Assembly: GCA_963712745.1 (NCBI GenBank)
Contig: CAVQJC010000001.1
Coordinates: 128,001 to 192,000, forward strand
Source of the DNA: an uncultured Chloroflexia bacterium
Lineage (GTDB): Bacteria; Chloroflexota; Limnocylindria; Limnocylindrales; CSP1-4
Reading direction: 5' to 3'
Length of the DNA: 64,000 bases
The notes beneath the pieces were generated by a model. The model was not told the DNA's origin and made no database searches. It worked only from the letters and a program-made list of their open reading frames with translations. Position numbers and translations under genes: made by a program. Positions within the stretch are counted from its first letter, which is position 1. Each line of letters starts with the position of its first letter. Shown here one piece after another: positions 49,436-59,547 of this stretch.

Positions 49436-50281
49436 TCAGGGAGCGGCGTCGAGCAACTCGGCCACTCGCGCCCAGACCCGTGGGGACGCCAGTGGGAACC
49501 GGGCTGGATCGGAGAGCCAGGCGAACTCGACCGGGTCATCACGGAACGACTCGTACAACGATCCGCGCCCCGGGCCCGACCAGTCGACGGCCTGGACCTC
49601 CTCGAGGGCGGGCGGGCTCGCGTAGCGATCATTGGCGCGCAACGAGCCGTCGGCCCCTATGTACCATCCGAATCCCTGGGCCGCGACGACGTCCGTGTAG
49701 ACGCCCGCGGCCCGCCGGTCGATGACATCGCTGAAGACGAGCGGCCCGGCGCCGAGGTCGATGGTCACATGTGCCAGCAGCGGCGGGAAGACCACCCAGT
49801 CACCTGGGTGCGCCCGCACCAGCCAGGCACGCGAACTCACAGGGCCTTCCGGCCTCACAGCGAGGTCCTGTATGAGGAACCCGGCCTCGCCATGCAGAAC
49901 CTCGACGATCTCCGGGTATCCCAGGCTCGCGCCGGGCGGGCGAACATGGACGTGGCCCGCGGTCTTGGCGGCCTCCCAGCCGATGGCGCGGCCGGTCATC
50001 GCGGTGAGCTCGTAGCGCAGTATGTGGTCCGTCAGGTGCGAGTCCTGTGACAGGCGCACGCCGTTGAGCATGCGGTACTCGACGCGCTCCCCATCTTGCT
50101 CGATCGGCTCGGCCGCGACGCCGGCCAGCTCTGAGAGCTGCCGCACGAAGTCTTCCTCGACGCTCACGTGGGGACCGATGCTGAGCTGCCCGTCGCGGAG
50201 CGCGACCGGGAGGCCACACTGAGGAGCAAGGTCGGCAGTAGGCTCGATGGGAGCGGCGATGTCGATCCGTCCGGCATCCAC
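49436..50281 (-). CDS. Cupin-type (archaeal-like) glucose-6-phosphate isomerase family protein
   Basis: LRYELT, KTAGHVH, YPEIVEV.HG and PP..AHVTI. Confidence 0.8.
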   Translation of the reverse strand: MDAGRIDIAAPIEPTADLAPQCGLPVALRDGQLSIGPHVSVEEDFVRQLSELAGVAAEPIEQDGERVEYRMLNGVRLSQDSHLTDHILRYELTAMTGRAIGWEAAKTAGHVHVRPPGASLGYPEIVEVLHGEAGFLIQDLAVRPEGPVSSRAWLVRAHPGDWVVFPPLLAHVTIDLGAGPLVFSDVIDRRAAGVYTDVVAAQGFGWYIGADGSLRANDRYASPPALEEVQAVDWSGPGRGSLYESFRDDPVEFAWLSDPARFPLASPRVWARVAELLDAAP

Positions 50282-50559
50282 GCAGCGAGGGTATCAGGAA
50301 CTCTGCGACTGCTCGAGTCGTCCCCGAGGCCCTCGATGTCACGCGGACCGGTCCCCGATCGGCCGCTGGGACGGCGCGGGCGCATCGGAGGGTCACGCGG
50401 GAGCTCGTGAGGCCGCGCCAAGGCCGCACGACCGAGGCTGGCCTGCGGGAGCTGACAGAAGTCAACCCCAGGCGCATCCGTTTGCGACAGCGTCGCACCA
50501 TAGGCGAGGTCAGGCACTCCCTGATTCGGATTCACGACCGCTCGGTTGGCAGCCGCCGG

Positions 50560-50860
50560 GCTCGCCGGTCATCCTGAGCGCGAATCTGGCGTTGTCAACC
50601 GCGTGGTCACGGTCCCCGAGCCGCGCCAGCCATTTGGGCCTTCTGTGTGCTGACGGTCTCGCCCGGCGCTCGCGCCTACTACGACGACAATGACCCGGGG
50701 CCGCATACCTCGAAGGTCGCCCGTCGCAAGCTCGCCAACAGGCTCGTCGGCGTCCTCCACGGTCGCCTGGCACACCGGACGCTCTATGACGAGGAACGGG
50801 CCTGGCATCGGGCAGCGGCGGAGCTTGCCGCTTGACGAGTTACGGACCTGGGGTGTCTAG
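50560..50860 (+). mobile_element. IS110-family remnant (transposase C-terminus and right end)
   Basis: SPGARAYYD..LANRLVGVLHG.L..RTLYDE..AW, followed by GCTTGAC..GGGGTGTCT; no DEDD domain. Confidence 0.72.
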
Positions 50861-51981
50861 AGCGTGCCGGCCTTGAAGGCCTGGAGCGCCTCAACCATGC
50901 GGCCATCGCCCCGGAGCTCGTTCTCGAGGAAGTCGACCCAGTGATAGACCATCACGCCATCGGCCGGGGACGCGGTGACCGCCCGCAGCGACTCGAGGTA
51001 CTCCTCGAAGGGGATGGTCGGGTTCCGCCGACCCGGTGCGTAGATCTGGTCCATGTAGTCGGGCTTGCCCTGGATGCAGGCCAGGAGCGTCATGTCGGTC
51101 CGCGGCCGCATCTCGGCGGTCAGGCTCTCGATCCAAGCCGCCGCATCGCGACGTGAGATCTGGTGGTAGTACATCAGCTCGATGGCATCCGCGACCTCGC
51201 CGATGGCCTCCGGAGACTGCCCCAGCACCTCGCTGACGGCGTTGTCGTAGTCGGTGCGGCCAAAGGCCACGCCATTGATGAGGACCTCGACGTCGGAGCG
51301 CTGGCGCTTGGCGGCGTCCCCCAGCGTCTTGATGACACCGGCGATGACGTCGCACTTCCAGGCCGTCCATTCATCGCGGAGCTCGTTGAGGATGATCGCG
51401 CTGCGGTCGGCCGTAGAGCCCGCAGGCAGCTGGTTGCCGGTCTCGTCACCAAAGCGCCGCAGGCAACGTTCGCAGAAGCAGTACTCCACGATGTCCGAGC
51501 GTGACGTCTCGGGCATCCAAAGCTCCCAGAAGCCCGCGAACCGGATGAACGAGATGAAGACGCCGTCTGGCTGCAGGTCAGCCACGACCTCCTCCATGAC
51601 CGCGGCTCGCTCGGCCAGATAGCTGGGGCTGGTGGGGCAGAGGCCCACGTACCAGCCGAATTTCTCCATGGTGCGACCCTCCGAATCGACCGGCCGCAGG
51701 TCCGGATGGGCATCGTAGGCATCGGGGCGGAAGAACACGGCCGTGGCCTCGAAGACCTTGAGGCCTTGCTGTTTGAGGGCGTCTCGGAACCGTCGGTCTT
51801 CATAGGGCGGGCCGGGCATCTCTTGGATGACCGCGGACGTGGGCAGCGGATCGCGCAGGTTCTGCACCGCGACCCAGTCTATGCCATGACGGTCCATGGC
51901 CTCGGCAGCCTGGACCTCGGTCAGTCCGTACTGCAGGTACCACTCGAACCCGTAGTTCTTGACGGCGACGATGTCGTTCAT
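50857..51981 (-). CDS. Hypothetical TIM-barrel protein, possible glycoside hydrolase
   Basis: LCPTSP.Y, DGVF..FIRF, YCFCERC..F, W..WK and MYYH; last gene of a sugar ABC operon. Confidence 0.6.
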   Translation of the reverse strand: MNDIVAVKNYGFEWYLQYGLTEVQAAEAMDRHGIDWVAVQNLRDPLPTSAVIQEMPGPPYEDRRFRDALKQQGLKVFEATAVFFRPDAYDAHPDLRPVDSEGRTMEKFGWYVGLCPTSPSYLAERAAVMEEVVADLQPDGVFISFIRFAGFWELWMPETSRSDIVEYCFCERCLRRFGDETGNQLPAGSTADRSAIILNELRDEWTAWKCDVIAGVIKTLGDAAKRQRSDVEVLINGVAFGRTDYDNAVSEVLGQSPEAIGEVADAIELMYYHQISRRDAAAWIESLTAEMRPRTDMTLLACIQGKPDYMDQIYAPGRRNPTIPFEEYLESLRAVTASPADGVMVYHWVDFLENELRGDGRMVEALQAFKAGTL

Positions 51982-53510
51982 GCGGCCTCCCCGAGCGTGC
52001 CAGTGGTAGTCACCGCGAGCAGGGTCTCACGGTCGATCGATGTAGCGGGCAGGACGGCGACCGGGCCACCGCCATGCATGATGAGGACTCGATCGGACAG
52101 CAACAGCAGTTCGTCGAGGTCGTCGGAGATGACGACCACGGCGACGCCTTCGCGCGTCACCGTGCGGATGTGCTCGTACTGCTCGGCCTTGGCGCCGACA
52201 TCGACACCAGCGGTGGGCTGGTCAAGGATGAGTACACGCGCCCCGGCCCCGAAGGCACGCGCCATCAGCACCTTCTGCTGGTTGCCGCCAGATAGGGTCT
52301 GCACCGTACGATCGGGGTCGCTGGGCGTGATCCGCAGCCGGTCGATGAGGCCGCGAACCAGCTGTGAGCGCGCCGCGCGGCGCACGAATCCGTAGCGAGT
52401 CAGGCTAAGGCCCAGCGCGGTGAGCGAGACGTTGCGGCCGATAGACGAAGGCAGCACCAAGCCGTCCCGTCGCCGGTCCTCCGGCAGCATGACGACACCG
52501 GCCCTGGCCGCCTCACCCGGTGAGCGGGCGGCCATCTCCTGGCCCGCGACCTTGATGTGCCCGGTCCAGGGCGCGGCGCCGACGATGGCACGCGCCAGCC
52601 GGCTGCGGCCCGAACCCACGAGGCCGGCCACACCGACAACCTCGCCCGGGGCCAGGTCCAGTGAGATCGGGGGTCGCCCCACGACCGAGACGTCCTGCAG
52701 CTCCAGGGCGGGCACCTCCGAGGTCGCCACCTCCGTCGTGCTGCGCTTGGTCACCGCGACCTCGGAGCCGACGAGCAGCGAAGCGAGACTGGCCAGGTCG
52801 AGCAAATCCGTGGGCTGCGAGGCCACCACATCACCGTCGCGGAGCACGGTCACCACGTCGGCGACGGCGAAGACCTCCTCGAGGAAGTGGCTGATGTAGA
52901 CGAGACCGACACCACGTTCACGCAGCTGACGCATGGCATCGAAGAGGCGATCGCGCTCGGCCGGTGAGAGGCGGGCGGTGGGCTCATCCATGACCAGGAT
53001 GCGCGCGTCGCGCGACAGCGCCTTGACGATCTCCGTGAGCTGCTGATCAGCCACGCCCAGCCTGCGGACGGGCTCATCCATGGGCAGCGCGATGCCCTGG
53101 GCCGCTGCCTCTGCTTCCGAGCGACGGCGCAGCGAGCGACGGTCGATGAGGCCGCGCGCGCCCAGCTCGGGTTCTCGCCCCAGGCCGATGTTCTCGGCCA
53201 CGGAGAGCTCCGGAACGAGAGAGAAGTCCTGGTAGATGACGGCCACACCGGCAGCGAGCGCGGCATGCGGCGACGACAGGTCCACCTCGGTGCCGTCGAT
53301 GGCGACTGATCCCGTGTAGTCCGGGTAGACGCCACCGAGCACCTTCATCAGCGTCGACTTGCCGGCGCCGTTCTGCCCGACAAGGGCGTGGATCTGCCCC
53401 CGCTCGAGCGTGAAATCGACCCCGTGGAGGACCTCGCCGGCAGCGAACCGCTTGCGCACCTGACGCATGGCGAGGAGCGGTGCAGCGGCTTCAGTCACAG
53501 GGTTCCCCAC
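51978..53510 (-). CDS. Sugar ABC ATPase (RbsA family)
   Basis: GQNGAGKST, MDEPT, LSGGNQQK and LDQPTAGVDVG. Confidence 0.92.
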   Translation of the reverse strand: MGNPVTEAAAPLLAMRQVRKRFAAGEVLHGVDFTLERGQIHALVGQNGAGKSTLMKVLGGVYPDYTGSVAIDGTEVDLSSPHAALAAGVAVIYQDFSLVPELSVAENIGLGREPELGARGLIDRRSLRRRSEAEAAAQGIALPMDEPVRRLGVADQQLTEIVKALSRDARILVMDEPTARLSPAERDRLFDAMRQLRERGVGLVYISHFLEEVFAVADVVTVLRDGDVVASQPTDLLDLASLASLLVGSEVAVTKRSTTEVATSEVPALELQDVSVVGRPPISLDLAPGEVVGVAGLVGSGRSRLARAIVGAAPWTGHIKVAGQEMAARSPGEAARAGVVMLPEDRRRDGLVLPSSIGRNVSLTALGLSLTRYGFVRRAARSQLVRGLIDRLRITPSDPDRTVQTLSGGNQQKVLMARAFGAGARVLILDQPTAGVDVGAKAEQYEHIRTVTREGVAVVVISDDLDELLLLSDRVLIMHGGGPVAVLPATSIDRETLLAVTTTGTLGEAA

Positions 53511-53545
53511 GGGGTCGGGTCGCTAGGCTCTGCTACTCGAGCTGA

Positions 53546-54529
53546 TCAGCCACCCCACGCGGGCGGGAAGTCAGCCACGTTCTCCGCGGTGACGATGGGA
53601 AGCGGCAGGAACACGGTCGGGGTCGGGACCTCGTCCGCGCGTCCGGTCAGCACCAGGCAAGCCATATCGACGGCAGTGGTGCCCTGCGGATAGGGGTCCT
53701 GGTCCACGGTGCCGTAGATGTAGCCGGCTTCGATGCCGGTCTTCACGTCTGCCGGGTAGTCACCCATCATGAACAGGATCTCGTCGCGGCCGTTCTCATG
53801 CGCGAACTGCGCAGCGGTCGCACCCTCGGGACCCTGGTCGATGATGGCGTCGATCTCGCCGGCGCCGTACTTGTTGAGCCAGTCCTGGGTGATGGCGAGG
53901 GCGGCAGCGTTGTCCCAGTCGGCCGACTGCGTCTCGATGATCTCGATGTTGTCGACGTCCTGGAGGGCATCCATGAGTCCGTCCTCGCGCAGGATCTGTG
54001 CGGACACACCAAGGTGACCCATGATGTAGCCGACCTTGCCGCCGTCGGGCAGCGCGGCCTTCAGCATCTCGCCCTGCATCTGGCCGAACTCGAAGTCGTT
54101 GGCTCCGACGTAGGTGACGGTCTCGGCGCCATCGCCGACGGTGCTGTTGACCTCGATGACCGGGATGCCGGCCTCGTTGGCCTGCAGGATGACCGGGACG
54201 ATGCCCTCGGCGTCGCTGGGTGACACCAGGATGGCGTCCACGCCCTCGGAGATGAACTGCTGGATGACCGCGACCTCGGTGCCGATGTCGCCGTTGCCGT
54301 TGCGAACCTCGACGGTGATGCCGTGTTTCGCGCCCTGCTCCTGCTCACCGGCGATGAGGTTGGAGTAGAACGGGACCGAGGTGTTCCAAATCATCGATCC
54401 GATGGTGTACTCGGCGTCACCGACGTCGCACATCACCTCGGTGGAATCCTGCGCGGCGGCGGGCAGGCCGACCAGCATCAAACCGGCGGCCACTACAGCG
54501 GCGCCCTTCAGGTGGCTGGACCTTCTCAT
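53546..54529 (-). CDS. Sugar ABC substrate-binding protein (RbsB-like)
   Basis: Signal peptide, VPFY, GVDAILVSP, AGIPVI and TVDQDP. Confidence 0.9.
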   Translation of the reverse strand: MRRSSHLKGAAVVAAGLMLVGLPAAAQDSTEVMCDVGDAEYTIGSMIWNTSVPFYSNLIAGEQEQGAKHGITVEVRNGNGDIGTEVAVIQQFISEGVDAILVSPSDAEGIVPVILQANEAGIPVIEVNSTVGDGAETVTYVGANDFEFGQMQGEMLKAALPDGGKVGYIMGHLGVSAQILREDGLMDALQDVDNIEIIETQSADWDNAAALAITQDWLNKYGAGEIDAIIDQGPEGATAAQFAHENGRDEILFMMGDYPADVKTGIEAGYIYGTVDQDPYPQGTTAVDMACLVLTGRADEVPTPTVFLPLPIVTAENVADFPPAWGG

Positions 54530-54588
54530 CTTGTCGATCCTCCTATGTGCCCCGCGCCCGGTTGCTCCGGGCCGAATCGGTGCCTTGG

Positions 54589-55584
54589 TCAGGTGCTGCC
54601 GGCGCGCTTGCGCTGGTAGCTGTCGAGGCCGACCGCGATGATGATCACCAGACCCGTGATCGCGGGCTGCCAGAACGGGGAAACGCTGAAGAGGTTGAGT
54701 CCGTTGGCCACGACACCGAGCAGCAACGTGCCTAGCACCGCGGCGCTGACGCCACCGACCCCACCGGTCAATGGCACGCCACCGACGACCACCGCAGCGA
54801 TCGCGGCCAGGGGCCAGGCCTCCGCGGTGGCCGGCTGGCCGATGTTGGTCTGGCCCAGAAGGACCAGGCCGGCGATGGCAGCGAACAGACTGCCGATGCC
54901 GTAGGTGGCGATGGTGACGCGGTCGACGTTGACGCCGGCCAACCAGCTGGCATCGCGGCTGCCACCGACCGAGTAGATGTGCTGGCCGAAGGTGGTACGT
55001 CGCAGGATCAGCCAGGTGACCGCGATGACCACGCCGTAGATGACCACCGCGACCGGCACCGGGCCGATCTTGCCAAGACCCACCCAGGTGAACCCGGGGG
55101 GCAATCCGTACACGGGTCGAGCATCGGTGGCCACGAACAGCAGGCCATAGATCAGCACCTGCGTGCCCAGCGTGGCCACGAACGGGTTGATGCCTATCTT
55201 GGCGATGAGCGAGCCGTTGAGGATGCCCACGCCGAGGCCACAGGCGACGGCGGCGACGAGGCCGGGCACCAGGCCGAAGTTGATGATGGTGGCAGCAGCC
55301 ACCACACCGGACATGGCGCCGACCGCGCCGACCGAGAGGTCGAATCCGCCGACTACGATCATCAGCAACATGCCGCAGGCGACGATGCCGATGATGGAGT
55401 TCTGCTGCAGGATGTTGATGAGGTTCTGCGGCGAGCGGAAGTCCTCGTTGGTGATGAGCAGGACGCCCACGAGGATGGCGAAGATGGCCGCCATGCCATA
55501 GCGCGAGAGGAACTCGGCGCGTGTCATGCGCCGCACCTGGGGAATGAGCGGCGAGGCCGCCGGCACCGGTGTCTCAGCTGACAT
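54589..55584 (-). CDS. Sugar ABC permease (RbsC-like)
   Basis: GGFDLSVG, PFVATLG, YSVGG and IAAVVVGG. Confidence 0.92.
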   Translation of the reverse strand: MSAETPVPAASPLIPQVRRMTRAEFLSRYGMAAIFAILVGVLLITNEDFRSPQNLINILQQNSIIGIVACGMLLMIVVGGFDLSVGAVGAMSGVVAAATIINFGLVPGLVAAVACGLGVGILNGSLIAKIGINPFVATLGTQVLIYGLLFVATDARPVYGLPPGFTWVGLGKIGPVPVAVVIYGVVIAVTWLILRRTTFGQHIYSVGGSRDASWLAGVNVDRVTIATYGIGSLFAAIAGLVLLGQTNIGQPATAEAWPLAAIAAVVVGGVPLTGGVGGVSAAVLGTLLLGVVANGLNLFSVSPFWQPAITGLVIIIAVGLDSYQRKRAGST

Positions 55585-56789
55585 GGGCGGTCACCGGGGG
55601 CGGCATGGGTCGGCGGGACTGGATCTGGGGTGTGGCCTGCTGACGATCCAGCCACAGCGCTGTGGCGATGGCGCCGAGCACGGTCGGCACGGGACCCAGC
55701 TGCGAGACCGCCAATCGCGGCCGCCAGGGGATGTGGCGCGCCATGGAGGCGCTGAGGCGATCGAGATAAGGCTCCAGCGAACGACCCACACCGCCGTCGA
55801 TGATGATCAGCTCCGGGTCCGCGGTCGCGGTCATGGCGATCAGGGCCATGGCCAAGCCGTCGAGGACTTCCTCCACCACCAGCACTGCCACGCGGTCTCC
55901 GGTCAGCGCGGCGGTGAGCACGTCGCGGCTGGAGACGGAGTCGATATCCAGGTCACTGCCCGATGCGTCAGCCGCCAGCAGCTCGCGGGCGCGTGCGGCG
56001 ATGCCGGGGCCAGAGATGATCCGCTCCACGCCACCCAGCTGGTCGGCATGTGGCTCGCTCAACTGGGAGGGGCTGGTGATGAGGTAGCCCAGCTCGCCGG
56101 CCCCGTTGTTGCGACCGCGCACGAGCTCTCCGTTGGCGACGACCGCGCCGCCGACTCCGGTTCCCAGCGACAGAGTGGCGAAATCGGACAGGCCGCGTCC
56201 CAGCCCACGCCATGCCTGGGCCATGGCCGCGAGCTTGACGTCGTTGTCCACCCGGAAGGGCACGTCCAGCGTGCGCTTGAGCTCATCGACGATGGCGAAG
56301 TCGTGCCAGTGGACGTTGGGGCCACCCAGCACCACGCCGGTGGGATCGATGATGGCGGGCACGCCGATGGCGGCCGCGACGAGGGGCGTGGTGGCGGCCT
56401 CGGTCAGGTGCTCGATGGAGGCGATGAGGGTCTCGTACGGGGTACCGTCCTGCGCCGTCGGCCGCACGTCCTCGATGAGCATCGCACCGGAGAGGTCAGC
56501 CAGAGCCCCGTGGCACTTGGTGCCGCCGAGGTCGATGGCGAGCACGCAGCCGGCACGCTCGTTGAGGTGCAGGCGGCCAGCCGGGCGCCCCCTGCCCGCT
56601 GCGGCACTACTCGAATTCGGTGACCAGGCCTGAGCGGAGCAGGCGCGCGGTGATGCGACTGACACTGGCTGCGGAGAGACCCAGCTCACGCGAGATCGCC
56701 GACCGCGACGCGCCGTCGTGGTCACGGACGTAGTCGAGCACGAGGGACTCGTTCAGCGCGCCCGTCGTTGCCTGTCGCAGCGCTGTCAT
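55574..56789 (-). CDS. ROK-family transcriptional regulator, apparent frameshift near 56610
   Basis: HTH (SRSAISRELGLSAASVSRI) in ORF 56607-56789; GRP, IDLGGT, DNDV, GTGVGG and GELG in ORF 55574-56725. Confidence 0.8.
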
Positions 56790-56900
56790 CCATTTCCTTT
56801 CGAGGTGGACAGAAAAATCATACGGGACGCGTCAAGCGGGCTTGCTGCCGCGTGTTGACAGAACAACTGGAACAGGACCGGGCCCTCGAAACCATCGGAC

Positions 56901-57049
56901 GCGACCATCGTCGTGACCAGCGGGGACTCCTTATCGCATGAAGGAGGCGCGAGCCCGAGGAGGTGGGCTACTGCCGACGGCCTGAAACCTCCTCTGGGAG
57001 TAGGGACTTCTCGTGGCCACAGGTGGGGACTTCTACTTGGCCATTGACA
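56901..57049 (+). mobile_element. istB: IS21-family remnant: istB 3' end and right inverted repeat
   Basis: ATIVVTSGDS / YRMKEAR (with a +1 shift), then repeated GGGACTTCT..TGGCCA motifs ending in TTGACA (reverse complement TGTCAATGGCC). Confidence 0.72.
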
Positions 57050-57373
57050 GGTGTTGGAGGTCGGCCTGTTTGTGCGGTCCGTTTCACGCATCCGCAAGTT
57101 GCACCCGAGGTATCGTTTCGAGCCCTGGCCTGGCAGTCACGCTCGCGGTCGCACTCCTCCTGGTTGGGCATCTGGATGAGGCGGGGCTGCTGCACGGTAT
57201 AGGCACCGCGTTGCCCGAAGACCTCGAAGAGGCTGGTTCGGCCGGTATCGACGACGTGCTCGATACCGCAGTCGCCGGATAGAGCGCCTACCGGATCGCC
57301 TCGGGCGAAGCCGGGTCGTTCCCCACGACCGGAGTGCGGCAGGCGTGCAGGAGCCTCGGCGAGCGGATATGCG

Positions 57374-58618
57374 CTACGTTGCCACGACCCCCTTCCACTC
57401 ATCGATGAGGGCGTCGACGTTCGCCTGAGCCTTCGGCTCATCACTGCGGACGTTATCGACAGGAGACAAGATGAATCCGGTCGGCCCGAGCGCCGCGACG
57501 GCTTCTCTGACTTCGGCTCGCACATCCTCCGGTACTCCCTGCTCAACGGTGAGGTGTCCGTTCACGCCGCCCCACAGCGCGACGTGACCGCCAAGCTGCA
57601 GTTTGGCCTCCTCTAGGTCCCACTCGCGTGGGTCAACACCGATCAAGACGTCCACGCCCACGTCCTTGAGTAGCGGCAGGATGGGCATGCAGTTGGACGT
57701 GATGATGTAGCCGAACATGGCCCCTCGGCTGTGTGCAAGTTCGACATCGGAGCGGGTGTTCGGCAGGACGAACTCTTCCCACGTGGTGGGAGTCCAGAAG
57801 TCGAGGTTCTCGTACCAGGCGCGCTTGATGTACAGGTCGATCCCGGCGTCGAGCACCACCTTCATCCTCTCGGAGTTCCATCGGCCGACGAGATCAACGA
57901 GCTCCCGAACGAGTCCGGGTCGCTCATAGACCGCGTACACAAGGTTCTCGAGCCCGAACACCCAGCAGAGTAGGTCGACGCCGACCCCCCAGCCGCCGGC
58001 GACAAGGAGGTCGCGCGCACGGGCTAGGTCGAGGACGGGCTCGCTAGCTCGCCGGAACTCCGTCACCTCGTCGGGCGTCGGCGGGACGAGTAGGTACCGC
58101 AGCGCATCAAGGTCCTCGTGCCGCTCGATCAGGAACTTGCGTGACCGCGGTTCGATGTGGTCGTCGAGGAACGGAACGTGGTCGCCCCACCGCCAGTCGG
58201 GCGTACGCCACACCTCAGCACGAAGGGACCCAGCAGGGGTGACGTATTCCTTGACCAAGAGTGGATATCGCTGCTTCGGGTCCCGCTCGACGTACTCGCG
58301 AACGCGAACACGCGGGTCGTATGTGACGGGTAGCCCATGAAGGTTGTGGTAGTCGGTCTCTACCCTGGGGGGTCGGGGTGGCAGCTGGACGAACGAGTCG
58401 AGTCCCATGTCGAGTTGCAGCTCGATGAACTCCTCGTAGCTTGCGCAACGCTCCTTGAGCCCGCCATGGATCATGAATGCGCAAGGGATGTGATCGACAT
58501 CGCCATGAGACATCGCCGCGATCATCCGCTGCCGGGAGGACATGTGTTGGTGGGGCATGAGGAACGCTCCTTGGGGTGCACGGGCGAGTCGGTGAGTGAC
58601 TCCGGATAGGGTGTTCAT
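57374..58618 (-). CDS. UroD/MtaA-fold protein
   Basis: MSSRQRM..DHIP, YVTPAGSL, DVLIGVDP, LWGGVN and GFILSPVDN. Confidence 0.78.
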   Translation of the reverse strand: MNTLSGVTHRLARAPQGAFLMPHQHMSSRQRMIAAMSHGDVDHIPCAFMIHGGLKERCASYEEFIELQLDMGLDSFVQLPPRPPRVETDYHNLHGLPVTYDPRVRVREYVERDPKQRYPLLVKEYVTPAGSLRAEVWRTPDWRWGDHVPFLDDHIEPRSRKFLIERHEDLDALRYLLVPPTPDEVTEFRRASEPVLDLARARDLLVAGGWGVGVDLLCWVFGLENLVYAVYERPGLVRELVDLVGRWNSERMKVVLDAGIDLYIKRAWYENLDFWTPTTWEEFVLPNTRSDVELAHSRGAMFGYIITSNCMPILPLLKDVGVDVLIGVDPREWDLEEAKLQLGGHVALWGGVNGHLTVEQGVPEDVRAEVREAVAALGPTGFILSPVDNVRSDEPKAQANVDALIDEWKGVVAT

Positions 58619-58785
58619 CGGTCGTTGCCTCCGACATCGATGACGCTGTGCCAGGCGGCTGCACCCGCCAATGCGACGTCATCGGCCAAGGCCGCGACCC
58701 GGACATCGATGGGCAGGCCGTCGCCGCGTCGCCGCGCCTCGACGAAGTCGCGCTCGATCTCTTCCAGCGATCGCCTACCAGCCAT
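58615..58785 (-). pseudogene. Probable truncated AbiEii-type toxin N-terminus
   Basis: Short ORF translationally coupled behind the AbiEi-like gene; identity is inferred from position only. Confidence 0.35.
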
Positions 58786-58795
58786 AGACCCGCCA

Positions 58796-59515
58796 TCAGG
58801 TGGAGTACGGTCCACGTCGACCAGGCGTCAGCTCCGTCCGGGCAACAGGAGCGAAGGTCTCGAGCGCTCGGGGCATAGGGAGTCGCGCCTCCTCGATGAG
58901 ATAGCCCAGCCGCGCCGCCGCCGCCTTGCTGCGCAGCAGCGCCGCTTCAGCGGCTGTCTCGACATCCCGGGGTGCCGGCTGCACCAGCACCTCGGGGAGC
59001 AGCGTACGGTGGGTCATCCACTCGGGTTGTGCGAGCCCATCGACCAGGGCCTGCGCGGGGGTCGCCAGTGAGACCTTGTAGCCGTCGCGCAACGTCGTGT
59101 TGAACCCGGCCCTCGCGAGCCTGCTCGTTGCCATCCAGACCGCTCGAATCGTGGCGCGCCCGACCGTGACCGACTTGGTCTTCTTCCGGACGACGACCGT
59201 GATGACCGGCACTGGCTGGTCGATCAGTCCCTCCGCCTCCAAGGCAGCGTCCGTCGTGATGTAGTGCACCGCGTCTCTGAAGATGGCATCGGCGACCACG
59301 AGTGACGGTGGTTCTCGGGACGGATCGACCACCTGCCACAGACCACGGGCGAGCTGCCTGACCCTACCGGCCTCAGCTAGCCGCCGCAGGCACGTGGTGT
59401 TCTCGTAGCCCGGTGGCAGCAGCTGCGAGCGAACCTCGAGCCAAGTCGCGGAACTCGTGTCGATCACAGGGATTCGCTGACGCAGATACCAATCCGGAAC
59501 GTCGGCGCAGCTCAC
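58796..59515 (-). CDS. Type IV TA antitoxin, AbiEi-like
   Basis: L.RL...G.V..LARGLW, AL...GL.DQ.., ATP.QALVD, RLGYL.E and GPY C-terminus. Confidence 0.72.
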   Translation of the reverse strand: MSCADVPDWYLRQRIPVIDTSSATWLEVRSQLLPPGYENTTCLRRLAEAGRVRQLARGLWQVVDPSREPPSLVVADAIFRDAVHYITTDAALEAEGLIDQPVPVITVVVRKKTKSVTVGRATIRAVWMATSRLARAGFNTTLRDGYKVSLATPAQALVDGLAQPEWMTHRTLLPEVLVQPAPRDVETAAEAALLRSKAAAARLGYLIEEARLPMPRALETFAPVARTELTPGRRGPYST

Positions 59516-59547
59516 GACAAGGCCTATCTAGGGTGTCCTATTCCTCT

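Noticed and set aside
57050-57370. Possible gene fragment beyond the IS21 end
   Set aside because: Codon pattern hints at minus-strand coding, but no start or family could be assigned.
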